Origin: Phoronis australis
Taxonomy: Eukaryota > Animalia > Phoronida
DNA: 64,000 nt
Assembly (NCBI GenBank): GCA_002633005.1
Contig: NMRA01000163.1
Location: forward strand, 156,071 to 220,070
Reading direction: 5' to 3'
Shown here: piece after piece, positions 36,837 to 50,400 of the stretch
Layout: each line of letters starts with the position of its first letter
Numbering within the stretch: position 1 is the first letter of the stretch
Translations under genes and position numbers: made by a program
The notes under the pieces: model-generated
Seen by the model: the letters and a program-made list of their open reading frames with translations, nothing else
Database searches by the model: none
What the model was told of the DNA's origin: nothing

Positions 36837-37030
36837 TACAGCACACACAATCACGAATTTTTGTCCGACCGGTCGGCTAAAAATTAGCTGACCGGGTGCC
36901 GACCGCAGTGCCGACTCATAAGGCGACTCCCCAGCCTACCCTTCAGCCGACCGGCCATCAGCCGACTAGCTGGTCAGCTGCTATTTTTAGGCTAGAGTAG
37001 CAGCTGCGTAATAGGTTGTCAGGCTGATTC
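36837..37030 (-). mobile_element. MITE end homologous to 55925-56135 (inverted)
   Basis: Shared blocks ATTTTTGTCCGACCGGTCGGCT, GACTCATAAGGCGACTCCC and GCGTAATAGGTTGTCAGG. Confidence 0.65.
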
Positions 37031-37973
37031 CGCTTTGCTTGTCGATGCATATTAGACTTAGCACAGGGTTAAATAAATTAACCTAGTTTTACTGTCTCCG
37101 TTACATGAGTTCACATCAGTTGTGTAACACCACTAATTCGAAGGTTGAAGGCAAGCGGTAATAGTAAACACTGGATTAGGGACAATACAACAAGTTTGGG
37201 ATAAAAACGTGAAGGTGTTTTTATATTTAATTTGACTCGTGACGTTAAAAAGTTGCATTAGATTGGCTCTTTCCTAGTCAATACAACGCCGTAGTCATTT
37301 TGTAAACGCAGCTATTTTTGACAGTCTTCGCCCACAATTGATTTTTGTTCGTGAAACGCCAAACTGCATCTTTTTGTGTTTTTTAAGTTATTCATGGGTG
37401 TTCTATCACGCGCCCATAATGATGGGATAGTGAGTGAGTTCTTACACCGCCAAGAGCTCTCACTACAGGGATTTTATTTTCATAGTATTAACCCTTGAAA
37501 TACAGACGCGAAATTCACGGACCAGTATGCCCTAAACCCACAGACTTCGATGGCTCTAATTTCGAAATCATATGGTTATGATTTCCACGAATTAGACGGT
37601 GACACCAAACACGGAATGACTACTGTTGAGGCTACAGCCAACTCTACCGGCTTTGCGCATTCCGTTTTCATGCATCAGTGACGATAAAATGTGAGCTAGT
37701 TACATGTACATGTAGGCCCCTATCAGTTGGTCGTTCACGCTGTTCCAAAAATAAATATTTTCTGTCAACATGTTGACAAATTATGTAAACAAAACAATTT
37801 CGAAAGGGAACATGTGAATACGAGGTGAAGAGGTATTTGTCTCTACGCGGCATATGTGCGTGAATCTTTGGTAAAGCGATTGTGATGTCAAAAAATGATA
37901 GAAAATGCATCAAGGTGCACTTTATGAGAAGCAAAGCGTCTGGTGATATTTCTAGCGTATGATCTGGCCACCT

Positions 37974-38118
37974 TGTTGTATTATCTATGTTCACTACTAG
38001 GTGATGCTCCCGGCATTCCCGTTTCTTATCGCCTGGAAGTAGAATAAACGATCACTGTTCTCACAATCGCCTTGTGTTTAGTTGATTATAGTCGAACTAC
38101 CCACGAAGTAACCCGACA
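37974..38118 (+). repeat. 5' LTR (145 bp)
   Basis: TGTTGTATT...ACCCGACA, followed by the PBS. Confidence 0.95.
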
Positions 38119-38249
38119 TGGTGGCAGCGGTGGGATTATAGAACACTCAAGTAACTATTGAAAGTGATTTTTTTAAAAACATTTGACTGTCTAAATTATC
38201 GTGAATTTGTGCCGACCTCACCCGTGACCTCACCTCGCCGTCACCGCCT

Positions 38250-39718
38250 GTGCACAAAACGACAATGACAACCAAAATGCCCGTCATGAATTGGCAGTAT
38301 GAGCCACTGTGCGATTCTTTTCGTGCCTTCCGAGCACGAATGGACCTCTTTTTAGTAGACAATGACGTCACCGACACTACTAAGAAAGTGACCAAGATAA
38401 AAATAGCGCTTGGAGTTGAGGGCATGCGCCGGATTCTCAACTCGGGAATGAGCACCACCGACCAAAACAAACCTGAGAAACTGTACAACCTGATTGAACA
38501 ACAAGTAGATGCAACAACCAAAGTAAACTTTCGTGTACATCGTTTGGAACTGTCAACCATGCGACAGAAGCCTGACGAAACAATCACTGACTACATGTCT
38601 CGCCTGCGAGAAAAGGCAAACAAATGCGAACTGCCTGACGGTGAACTGGCTGAACGGCTAATTGAGATGATAATACTTTCGACACCTTTCGAGGATTTCC
38701 GAAAAGTTACTAACAAAAGAAAAAGGCCATCCTATCGCATCAATAATCGAGAAAGGGCGCGAGTATGAAGCTATAAAACCTTCTGAACAGTCAATCACAG
38801 AAATGAGTGAAGTCAGTGGATGCCATCACACCTGCACGTAACATAGACTGCAGCAACTGTGGAACAAAACACCCACCCAAAAGATGCCCTGCATTCCATG
38901 ATGAGTGTTCTCAATGCCACAACATGGGTCATTGGGAGAAATGCTGCAAAATTAAACGTCGACAAACCCAGGGCACCCATGACAAACAAAAACCCCAAAA
39001 ACATGGACAACGTCAAAAACGCCAGCGTCCACACCAAAAACAACACCAGAGCACTGGACGATCACACCAGAAGAAGACACACCACATTGAGCTGAACTCC
39101 AGCGACGATGATGACAGCTCTGCGTTTACATTCCACTCCATAACCCCATCAGACCCAGATGAATTCCCAGACGTACACCCAATTATCAAGCCCCGTCCTC
39201 GCGAGGAAGTTTTTTGCACACTGGATATCAAATGTCCAGATATTCGAGGCAAACATCACCTATATGCTAAGGTCGAACCCAGACCAGGTTGCAACACCCT
39301 ACCACTACGTACTGTGAAAATCATGTACCCCGACAATTGGCAAGCCGAGCTACACCCAACTAGCAGAACTCTCTCTGCATATAACAACACGTCGATACCC
39401 TGCCTTGGTTACATCGACTTACAGTGCCGCTTCAAATCGCCCGACTGGCTTCAGCAGAGATTCTATGTTGTTAACGTGGAAAACCCGTCCATCATTGGTC
39501 TACCCGCGTGTGAAGCCGTGAAGCTTATAATTATCAACGTCGACGCGACATCGCCTAACCCATCTATCTCATCAACCCCAGATGCACCGATCAACACCAC
39601 TGATGACCTCATTCAGATGTTCCCTGATCATTTTGAAAAAGTTGGAAACATGCCAGGCCCAGTGCGCCTACATTTTAAGGATGACGCGATTCCTTCCATC
39701 GACCCACCAAGAAAGTGA
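38250..39718 (+). pseudogene. Gypsy gag-protease (frameshifted)
   Basis: QKPDETITDYMSRLR; CSNCGTKHPPKRCPA...CSQCHNMGHWEKCC; degenerate protease site AKVEPRPGCNTL. Confidence 0.9.
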
Positions 39719-42675
39719 AGCGTACATCTTAAACCCAAAATCAAGGACCAGCTTGACGGCATGGAGAAGCAAGGCATCATTCGCAAAGTTACTGACCATA
39801 CGGACTGATGCAACTCAATAGTCGTAACCACGAAGAAGGACTCCTCGATCCGAATATGTCTTGACCCCAGAAGACTTAACAATGCCCTGAAGCGGTGTCC
39901 TCACAAGATACCCACACTCGAGGAACTCAACCCTGAATTTGCTAACGCCAAATACTTCTCGAAGCTTGATGCCAAAACTGGTTACTGGTCCTGGCGCCTT
40001 GATGAAACCTCGCAGCTTCTCACCACCTTCCGTACACCATTTGGGCGATGTTGCTACCTTCCACTGCCTTTTAGCCTGCCTGTATCACATGACCTGTTCC
40101 AACAGAAAATGGACAACACCTGCCAAGTCCCAGGCTGTGTCGGAATTGCTGACGACATTGCGGTCTTTGGAGTGACCGAGGCAGAGCATGACGAGCGTCT
40201 ACGCCACCTTCTACGTGTTGCAGAGAAATTTGGATTGGTCTTCAACAGCACCAAGTGTGACATGAAGGTGGATCACATTAATTTCTTTGGATCACTCTTC
40301 ACGAAAGACAGTATCAAGCTGATCCTCAGAAAGTGGAAGACATTCGTGTATTGCCGACACCCCAGAACAAAGAAGATCTTCACAGAGCCTTGGGTATCTT
40401 CAACTACATGTCTGCCCACATACCATCATATGCAGACAAATCTGCCATACTCCGTGAGGTGTTGAAGAAGACTGTCCCGTTCGACTGGCATGAAGACCAT
40501 GAACAGGCATTCGAAAATCTCAAGTCTTACATCTCANAAGTCCCAGGCTGTGTCGGAATTGCTGACGACATTGCGGTCTTTGGAGCGACCGAGGCAGAGC
40601 ATGACGAGCGTCTACGCCACCTTCTACGTGTTGCAGAGAAATTTGGATTGGTCTTCAACAGCACCAAGTGTGACATGAAGGTGGATCACATTAATTTCTT
40701 TGGATCACTCTACACGAAAGACGGTATCAGGCCTGATCCTCAGAAAGTGGAAGACATTCGTGCATTGCCGACACCCCAGAACAAAGAATATCTCCACAGA
40801 GCCTTGGGTATCTTCAACTACATCTCTGCCCACATACCATCATATACAGACAAATCTGCCATACTCCGTGAGCTGTTGAAGAAGACTGTCCCGTTCGACT
40901 GGCATGAAGACCATGAACAGGCATTCGAAAATCTCAAGTCCTACATCTCACCTGAATCCTGTCTAGCATATCATGACAAGAACCTACCCTTAACCCTGGA
41001 AGTCGATGCATCCCAGAAAGGGCTGGGAGCCTGCCTATCTCAGAGTGGCAAACCTGTGTCATTCGCATCTAAAGCACTGTCACCAACACAATCAAACTAT
41101 TCTAACATAGAACGAGAAACCCTTGGTCTTGTTTTCGGCATAACAAGATTCCATACATATCTCTTTGGACGCAGTTTTGAAGTCGTCACAGACCACCGCC
41201 CTCTAGTGATGATCTGGAACAAGCCACTTACTAGTGCTTCGCCGAGACTCCAGCGACTGCTTGTCAAGATCCAAGACTACGATTTCAACATCGTCAACCA
41301 GCTAGGTAGTAAGATGATCCTGTCACATGCGCTTAGTCGCCTACCAAACCCGACTAAGACTGAAGACGTCCCTCTTGACATCTCGGTAGATGGTGTCAGC
41401 ATTGACCTCATCAACTTCGGCACACACGCGCGGAATGCCTTACGAGACGAAGTCGGCAAAGATCCTACTCTCCAGGCTCTCTACCAAACCATCATCACCG
41501 GATGGCCAGACACAATAGCAGAGCTGCCTACCGATCTCCGATCATATTGGAGCTTTCGCGACGAGTTGGGTGTGTCCGATGGTATAATCTTCAAAGGTCG
41601 CCAAGTGTTGATCCCAAAACCACTGCGAGAAGATATACTAAAGCAGCTCCACACAGGACATCAAGGCATAAATCGCACTCGACGACTGGCTAGACAGAGT
41701 GTGTACTGGCCACGTATCAACGACGATATCGAGAAGATGGTTAAATCATGCAGAACATGCGACGAGCTTCGGGACCAAAACCGACCACAACCCTTGCACC
41801 TACACTTTGTACCGTCCACGCCATGGACGAAATTAGAATCCGATATTTTCGAACACCAAGGCACTAGCTATCTTGTGATTGCAGACTACCATTCGAAATA
41901 TCCAATAGTGCACAAGTTGGAGAGATTATACTGTGACTATGTCACAGAGGTGACCAAACGCACCATCTGTTTTTTCGGTACACTGAGAGAGATTGTGACT
42001 GACATTGGGCCACAATACATTGGCAGAGCGCACGCAACGATGTGTCGAGAACTTGGGATCAACCACATAACATCATCCCCAAGATACCCACGATCCAACG
42101 GCTTCGCGGAACGTATGGTGAAAACAGTAAAGAGCATACTGAAGAAGTCCATCAAATCAGGTCAAGACTTCTCAATGGCATTAATGCTTTTTCGCACCAC
42201 TCCAATCGACGCACATCTTCCATCACCTGCAGAAATGTTATTCGGCAGACCTGTTCGCTCATTGCTTCCTAGCTACCACTCACCGGATGTCCGTTCCCCA
42301 GACTACTCAACTCATTACCATCGCCTGCTAACCAAACGTCAAAACATGGCTGAATACCATGATCAGAAGTACTCTGCTTAACATTTACCACCCCTGCATG
42401 TCGGACAACCTGTAACTATTCGTGACGTACAGACCGGAATATGGAAGCCCGCTGAGATAACACATGTTCGCCCAGAACATAGGTCCTACGAAGTGTCAAC
42501 TGATGGTCGACCACCTGTGCGCCGCAACCGAAGTCACATTCGTGAAGTTGTCTCTGATGAGACCACCAGCACTGCAGAACCCGCCAGCAACCGCACGTCT
42601 AGCGATGCACCATATTTGACCAGATCAGGACGAGTCAGTGTACCCCCATCCCGTATAGTGGACTACTCTGGATGA
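39719..42675 (+). pseudogene. Gypsy pol (RT-RNase H-integrase), disrupted
   Basis: IRICLDPRRLN, FSKLDAK, IADDI, LEVDASQKGLGA, YSNIERE, LHTGHQGI...CRTC, SPRYPRSNGFAERMV. Confidence 0.95.
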
Positions 42676-42924
42676 ACATTACGAGCACTAATTTGATATA
42701 TCTGTGTAGTTAAGAGACTGCAGTTTAGGCCACGCGAGCTTTTTTATACCTTTGCATTAGAAGGAAGGAGATGATGTATTATCTATGNTCAGTGTCCCCC
42801 ATCCCGTATAGTGGACTACTCTGGATGAACATTACGAGCACTAATTTGATATATCTGTGTAGTTAAGAGACTGCAGTTTAGGCCACGCGAGCTTTTTAAT
42901 ACCTTTGCATTAGAAGGAAGGAGA

Positions 42925-43068
42925 TGATGTATTATCTATGTTCACTACTAGGTGACGCTCCCGGCATTCCCGTTTCTTATCGCCGGAAGTAGAATTAACG
43001 ATCACTGTTCTCATCCTTGCCTTGTGTGTACTTGATTATAGTCAAACTACCCACGAAGTAACCCGACA
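42925..43068 (+). repeat. 3' LTR (144 bp)
   Basis: Follows the PPT. About 10 substitutions and 1 indel relative to the 5' LTR. Followed by TSD CACCT. Confidence 0.95.
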
Positions 43069-43595
43069 CACCTTAGGAAGTAAGTAACGCTGAATGACAC
43101 CTGACAACTACATGTGAGGCGCAAAAATAAAAAATATCATGCTTGTATCGCCCCCCTCCCCTCTCCCCGAGTTTTACACTTTCCAATGAGTCACCACGCG
43201 AGATTTGGTTCTGTTTCAGTCCTAAAATCGCAGAAGAATTCTTCTGTGCTCAGCTGTAAGAAGACCTACAATTTTTTGAAACGGTGCTCAATCTTAAAAA
43301 AAATTTCCTACATGACAGTGCTTTATCAGAAATGCCAAGCACACGCAGCATTGTAAGACAGAGACATTGGCGTTTCCATATGTCCACAAAAGTGCTTTAA
43401 TGAGTGTGTTCTAATTTGTTCATTTGGCTTTTCTACACTGGCGAATACGGCCAACATGGTGTTTTTAAAGAAGTCCAATTTTAAGGGCATTTTCAAAAAT
43501 TAGTGTTTGGTTCATGCATTCAGTGAGTCGCATTTCAAATTTACGCGTGGGCAGAAAACGTATCTGCGTAAAGAAACGTTTTCAAAACTTTCAGA

Positions 43596-43776
43596 GCATG
43601 AGCTCAAGGACTACATGGGAAAGAAAAGAAAACCAAATACAAAACAGGAACTTGTCCAAGGAATATGTAGCTCTTGGAAAACTGTTACCCTGAAGAAATG
43701 TGCAAAATACGCACGGCATTTACGGAAGATTGTACCAGAAGTGATTCATTGCGGTGGAGCCGCCACAGGATATTAA
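43596..43776 (+). pseudogene. Tc1-like DDE transposase C-terminal fragment
   Basis: HELKDYM...KPNTKQELVQGI..SWKTVT..KC.KY.RHLRKIVPEVI..GGAATGY*, a typical invertebrate Tc1-like tail. Confidence 0.7.
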
Positions 43777-44157
43777 AAACACTGTGCTATACACAGTTAG
43801 CTGAATGGAAAGCTGAAGCGGAAAAATCCAGAACGCATATTTTCTATTCAGGAATTGAAATCTCTGTAGAATCAAAAACAATAGGCAACCAGGATTTATA
43901 GCCTCAGAAAACAGGAGAGAATTGTTTTCGTTCCAGGAAACTACATGACCACCCATTATGCAATGATGACAATACAGTGTGTACCTATACATTGGCATCT
44001 ATTGTAAAACGTGGATTAGACGAAAGAAATTCAACTGCATTTCAAAGGTAATGTTTTTTTCCTCGTAGCAGGTCTTCACAGTATTGGGCTGTAACAGAAA
44101 ATTTGTTGATATATGTGTTTGGTATCTTCAATTTATACAGGTAATGTTTGATTTCAG

Positions 44158-44960
44158 ATGTCTTGCAATGGTCAGGTCTCGTTGACAGCCCAGAGCTCTT
44201 TGTGGTCAAACAAGAAGATCTAGTAGCCGGCCACATTGACCAGACGGTAATGAAGACAAAAATTATGCTAACAGATATCACGGAAGCAATCTTATTTGTT
44301 GATGAATCATGCCAGCTTGTCAGAGGTGGAAAGACTAGGGACTATTTCCAAGAGTACTTGGAGACAATCATGGCAGCCATGGAGGGTGATGGAAGAACAT
44401 TGGCCAGATGGCAATCAAAACAGAAACTATGCTAACAGAAGTCATGGGAGCAACCCTGTTCAATGATGAAGCATACTGGCTTGTCAGAAGTGGGTATACC
44501 AGAAATTATGTCCAAGAGGCCTTGGAGACAATCATGGCGGCCATGGAAGGTGATGGAAGAACAAACAATCCAAGGCCCAGCATAATCCTAGCGGGATATC
44601 CGAAAGAAATGGCAAAACAGTTGAACTCTAACCCAAGTCTTAAGAGATTAGTCAAACTTTCACATTCAATGCTTATTCCATGTCTGAACTAACCGACATT
44701 CTGTTACAAATGTTGCAGACAGACGAGTATACAGTGCTTTCATCAAAAGGAAGTTCAGTCTTATTTAGAAACTTGTGTGGAGTGAAGCATCCTACAGAAG
44801 TACCACAGTGGCTTCTGCGTTAGTCGCATGTATAGTCAAAAAAGTTATAAACGAAAGCCGGTTTATACAAATAAACAAGGGCAATGCTGCGAGGGATGAG
44901 GACTTGGTGACTGTGACCTTGGATTATTTTCACAGTGCTGTGCCAACAGTTGTCCAATCC
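44158..44960 (+). pseudogene. CbbX/SpoVK-like AAA+ ATPase fragment, copy 3, with an internal duplication of the Walker B segment
   Basis: EDLVAGHIDQT..KTK..ILFVDE..QL..RDYFQE.LETIM, then again KTE..LFNDEAYWL..RNYVQEALETIM..IILAGYPKEM..NSNPSLKR. Preceded by an AG acceptor. Confidence 0.75.
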
Positions 44961-47445
44961 TTGTATATTGTATTTGCTTGGTCAGTGAAAATGTCATATA
45001 GGTAATATACTCTTGCTCAGTGGAGACTGGCTATTGTGTGGCTTGTTTTATGCAAGGCAGTGCTGAACATTTTTTATAGTTTTTCCTCGTGTCAAATGCT
45101 TTTGAGTGTGAATGTGTTACATGTCCATGCTGAGGGAGGTGGTATAAGTATTGCATGTTCTTGGTTTGTGGTGATGAAAGCATACGATTACTCTGTGACG
45201 CCTAGCAATCCTACATTGCTGTCCTGCTGATATGTTTATTCTACAAATTTCAATCTTAGTGTAATTACTATGTATGCATGGAATTGCATACTTTTGAGCA
45301 TAATTAATCTTAGCCACTAAAAAAATTATATTGTAAGTGCACACATAGAAGTGAATTCATGAAAATGAACAAAATAACTGTAGTCTTGCTCAGTGAAGAC
45401 AGGGCATGCTACACCTTGTTTTTTGTGAGAAAGTTGTGCCTGTCCACCCCTGTACACATAGTGGGCGTTGATGACTCTTTCACACAATTATTTAATTATG
45501 CAGTGCCAAGATGTTCTCTTCGGCTACTATAGGCAGTAGATGGTGTACCACATTTGGCACAAAAGGCAAGCGGAAGGTGGCAGAATGTTATATTACAGAG
45601 GATTTATACAATTACTGAAGAAGAGAAGATTATGACCAAGGCAAAGATAACGAATGACAAGTTGATGTGTGCAGAGAAGGTGTATATGCATGATGAAAAC
45701 TGCACTAAAGCCAAAAAAGATGCAAGTGCAGAGACATGGTGAATACAGTGTCAGTAAATAGGGGTCAAGTCGAGACCCATACGATTAAGCAATGAAACAA
45801 CACCAAGTGTTACGCTTATGCTGAAATGTTGAAGTGTTATCTCCAATGAACTTATATAAATAATTCAGGGTTGAGAAATTCTTGTAGACCAGCTCTTTTG
45901 AAAAGTTTTGCAAACTTGATATCAATATTGAAATGTGGTTGTGGGCCCCCGAGGCCTTATAGATCATAATAAATTCCATTCCATTATATTATAATCTATA
46001 ATACACTCTGCAAAAGCTTTGCTTGGAAAATTTTCTTAGATTTTTAAAAATACGTAACAGCTCGTGTAGTGGTTGGGCATATGTCAAAAATACTACTGTG
46101 AATGTACGGTGCTGGGATATGTTAACCAAGATTTGTTCAGGCGATCAGAAAAAAACGTCTTCAATTTATTATAAGTAAGTAATATAAAAACCCTAGAAAA
46201 GTAAACAGTTAAAAAGGGGTATGTTAACTGCATCCTCTGTAAAATATCAACCTGATCCTGTTTTGTTCCTGTTCTAGTGGAATTTCCAAACCTACAATTC
46301 GAAGTCATCGCTTAGGAATAAACAAAAACACTTAAGTAGCCAAGAAAATTGGAGGACCCCAGGTGCTGTCATGAGAAATTTAATACGAAATATGTGACCA
46401 TGCCAAATGTCTGGATGCAGTGTTCTTTGGAATAACTATAAAGGACCTCATGAAACTTGCCTACAACCAAGAAAAGAAATCAGCAAGAAAACAAGGCTAC
46501 ATTTGCCTTATGCTGAAAATTCATGCAACTGTTCACCTTAAGAATGGAAGATGTGGATACTGTTTTATTCGCCAAACAACCTGAAATCCTGCTTGGAGGC
46601 TGAGTTTTATAAGCACTATGTTTTCCTGGCTCAAACTGTATGACTTCTGCTTCAGAATGATTTGACGAAACATCACATGGGGAAGGCAAAGGGTCAGCTA
46701 TCCTATTCCATCCTATTCCGTATACAGATACGAACAACTCTCAGGCAATATTTTCCATTCGTCCATCATTAGCCCTGTTTTCTTCCAGAATGTACAGTGT
46801 ATCCACACTCGCACACATTTTTGTTCATTCATGCCTATATATGATAAAGTTTGTGAATGGTTCGTTTAAACTTGTATAAGCCATGATATTGTTATTTGAT
46901 TGCCTGGGTTATCGTGTATTTTAATTTTGAATCAATTTGCTGAGCATGCTAAAGTGACAACTTGCAAACATTTGTCATTGGCTGTAAAGATGTTTTATGT
47001 TGAAAACTCGCCTTTACAGGTGATCACAAAATGAGAAGAGACATCCAACTTGGAGTTACTACACTTCAAAGCTACAACTCAGCATCATCAGTCAACAGCT
47101 TCACAGAAAGATGCCAAATCTCATTAAGTTCCAGCAATGAAGATATAGCAGTGGACGCCGGACAGAGAAAACAAAAATATGCACCCACATATATGAATAT
47201 GTGTGGCATAAAAAGACAGACAACCAGGGGAAAAGTAACATTAACTCAGCTCAATGACTTGCGATGAGAAGGGAATTTTGTGATTTTTTATAACTATATA
47301 ATATACATGATTAACGAAGAAAGGAAATGTGACTACTGGAACAACAAAGACTTCCGCATCAGCTCCTTTAGTGATACCATAGAACATAATAAATTCAGAT
47401 GTTTAAAACAGCACCTCAGTCTTCCAGTCACTTGCGTAACAGCCA

Positions 47446-50400
47446 TCAGCTTTCACCTTGCGATGTTTTGTCTTTCTGCGCTGCCAAAAATCGCCTGAAG
47501 GACTCAAGCTCCAATTGCTCACTTGGATCTGTAAACACCAAGATTGAGATAGAAAAAACTAAGGGAAGCACATGATCCATGATGCCATCAAATTTTAATG
47601 GTTAATTGACGCATACTTCACTTGGTAATAAATTAGTTTCGTTAACCTCTCTGTAAAAATGCACAAATTTCCATTATGTTAAAATGATAGCTGTCTTTAG
47701 AGGCAAGCTGAGTTGGAGAACTGGGTCTCACTGATGAAATTACTGAAGGTCAGGACGGTACACTGTCTAATCAGTAGGACATTTAAACAAAATACACAGC
47801 AGGGCTCGGTTCCATAAAAGCTAAAAACTGGACAAATACAATAAACTACCACGTGCCACGCAGCCACTGTTGACCAATGTTTTTCCTGACACACTTATCT
47901 ACCGGACAACTTTTGAAGTTTTATACAACCCCACCTGGAACTGCATGAGTTATTGAATACATCACCTTCGTCTTCTTGCATCATCCTATCACTACCGTCT
48001 TCATCACTGTCATCGTGTGCACCAGGACGGATGATCATTGCAGTGCCACGGGTCCCAGTTGTTACTTGCTCTCTCAGACTTGATACTGAAACAACAACAT
48101 GTTGTGGTAAGTACAAATAACAGTCACATTGAATCAACAAGGACATGTAACAAAAACTTATTAAGTTTATCCACAAGTCTGTACATTTACTAAATATCTA
48201 CAAAACTATAGAATTTACCTCAGTAAAAGTATACTTTTTCTGAAAGTAGAAATTCTGTATAATTTGATTTTTGACTTCATACCAATCTGTCACTCATAAG
48301 GTCACGTGACCTTACACTTTATGGAAAATTTAGCAAAACAAAAGGGTTTCATTAATAGCAAAATAACAGGATCGATCACATGACCAAATTTAATTTGTAT
48401 GATAAAGAACTTCAAGATTAAATCTCAAAAAAATGCCATTACAATTTGTTTTTTATCTACGCAACTTTAAATGTTTTCGTAAAAATCATACAAGTCCTAT
48501 TTTGTGTATAACTGAAACATTTTAAAAACAATTCAAAAGAGTTTTGGAGAACAACATATAAAGCAAAGTATAGGAAAGTCCCATGTGAATCTCAACAGCC
48601 ATTTCCCAGATACAGTGTTCCTAAGTCGTAAAAATTGGACATTTTTCTAGGGACCTAAATAACCTAAATAGCAACATTCAATCACACTGCGCATGTCATT
48701 GAATAGAATGTAATGATGATGGATTTGCACTACATATCCATTCAGAAATTCAATTACCAAGATATGGTTCAGTTAACAGTTGTCCTTGTCGGCTAGAGAT
48801 GAAAAAACATCATTTAGCTTTTAAGAGCATGGCATTGAATTATAACCAATTAAAAAACCCAAGCATCTCAAGCCAGTTTTGTTTACGTCCGATTTGGGAT
48901 AATTTCTGACATAGGGAAGAACTGACCAGGTTCAATAATTGGTCTTGTCAAGACATGACTTTATATGCACTAATAATGTCCTCATTCCACAATGAAATAT
49001 CAATTTAGTTCAAGCCCTTTTCTCATCAAAGCTAGGAACTACTTTGAGACCAATTTTCAAAGTTGCCTAAATCAAAAGCTACTTTCTTTGACTGAAGTTG
49101 ACACCAGCTTTTAAATAACAGAAATATAGCTTACAGCCAGTAGTTATTTCTGTATTTTCAGAGCGTATGTCCTTCCGTAACTTTTCCAGATCTTTTTCCT
49201 GTTCCCGCCTCATCTCTTCAGCTTTCTCCCTTTTCAAGCGTTCATATTCAGGTTTATAGTCCCTGAAAGCAAAGGAAACCTCATCAACACCATTCAATGA
49301 AGAAGTACTTGCTATCAGTCTAACTGTATGCCTTTAACTTCACAATTTATTGAAGTGATAACTTTATTAAGTTTATGTGGGAGAAACTTGCTAAAATACA
49401 AGTGAAACACACTCCTGACCATTGCAAATTGTCCAAACGTGTTCAAGCATAATCCCTATCACAATTCAGAACTACACCAAGAAATTTTCTCTGTTATTAA
49501 GGTGATGCAGGACCTTATCGACATGTTATTGTATTTAGCCAAGTATCTACAAAACTATTAATTTCAACTCACCAAAAGCATACATTTTCTGAAAGAAGTT
49601 ATGCTAAGGATGTACTGTTAGTTCTTTAATTCTAAATTTTACTAAAACGACATAGTCACATGACCCAATTGGATAGACTGCATTCTACAACACTTTTTTG
49701 TAAAGCTGTGTAGTCTTTGTCTTGGGAAGTGTTTAAAAAGAGTTACAAGGTATTGAACTCGATTCAATTCAATTTGTTGATGTCAACTTTTAATACTTGG
49801 CCAATCCAAAACGAACTGGATTCCAATTCCCTAGTTTCTTTCACATCAGCTCAAATAATTGCAAAGTAGACTAAAAATATGTTATTACTCAATGTGCCAT
49901 CTATTTCCTGATGGAGAACACATTCTAGTAGAATCATATACCAGCCATCAAATTGTAAACTACTGTACATTGTGTATACTGAACCCTTTAAATTGTTGTT
50001 AGCACCCAATATTTGAAAGTTTAAATATTACTAGAAAATTGTTCAGTAAGTCTTGTTTAATGAAAATGATAATTGCTCAAGACGATAAGTGTAACTTTTG
50101 CCGGGAGACTGAAACATTTATCGGTTTGCTTTTTAATGTTACTTTACCGAAAATGGTGGTCCAATGAACAAACAATGTTAACAAAAGTATTACGGAATGA
50201 AATGTGCTTATCTGAAGATTCAACATTAACAGCTTACTTTGGTCCTAACCGTTGTGAGACTAATAACGTATTAATTATAACACAATATTTTATACATGTA
50301 TATAGCAAGGATCAGACTATTCCCAACTTTAATAATTTTCTACGACTATGATGTACTACGAAAAAAATTCTTACTAAGATTTTGCGCCCCTACAAATTTC

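Larger units (their letters stand above)
37974..43068 (+). mobile_element. Full-length, decayed Ty3/Gypsy LTR retrotransposon (Mag-like)
   Basis: LTRs 37974-38118 and 42925-43068 (TG...CA). 5-bp TSD CACCT. PBS TGGTGGCAGCGGTGGGA at 38119-38135 (tRNA-Leu 3'-end complement). PPT at 42912-42924. Gag with two zinc knuckles, then protease, RT (IADDI), RNase H (VDAS) and integrase (HHCC, TDIGPQY, NGFAER). Several stops and frameshifts. Confidence 0.97.
43530..46490 (+). repeat. Chimeric ~3-kb repeat, copy 3
   Basis: Colinear with copies 1 and 2; the most complete copy. Confidence 0.9.
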
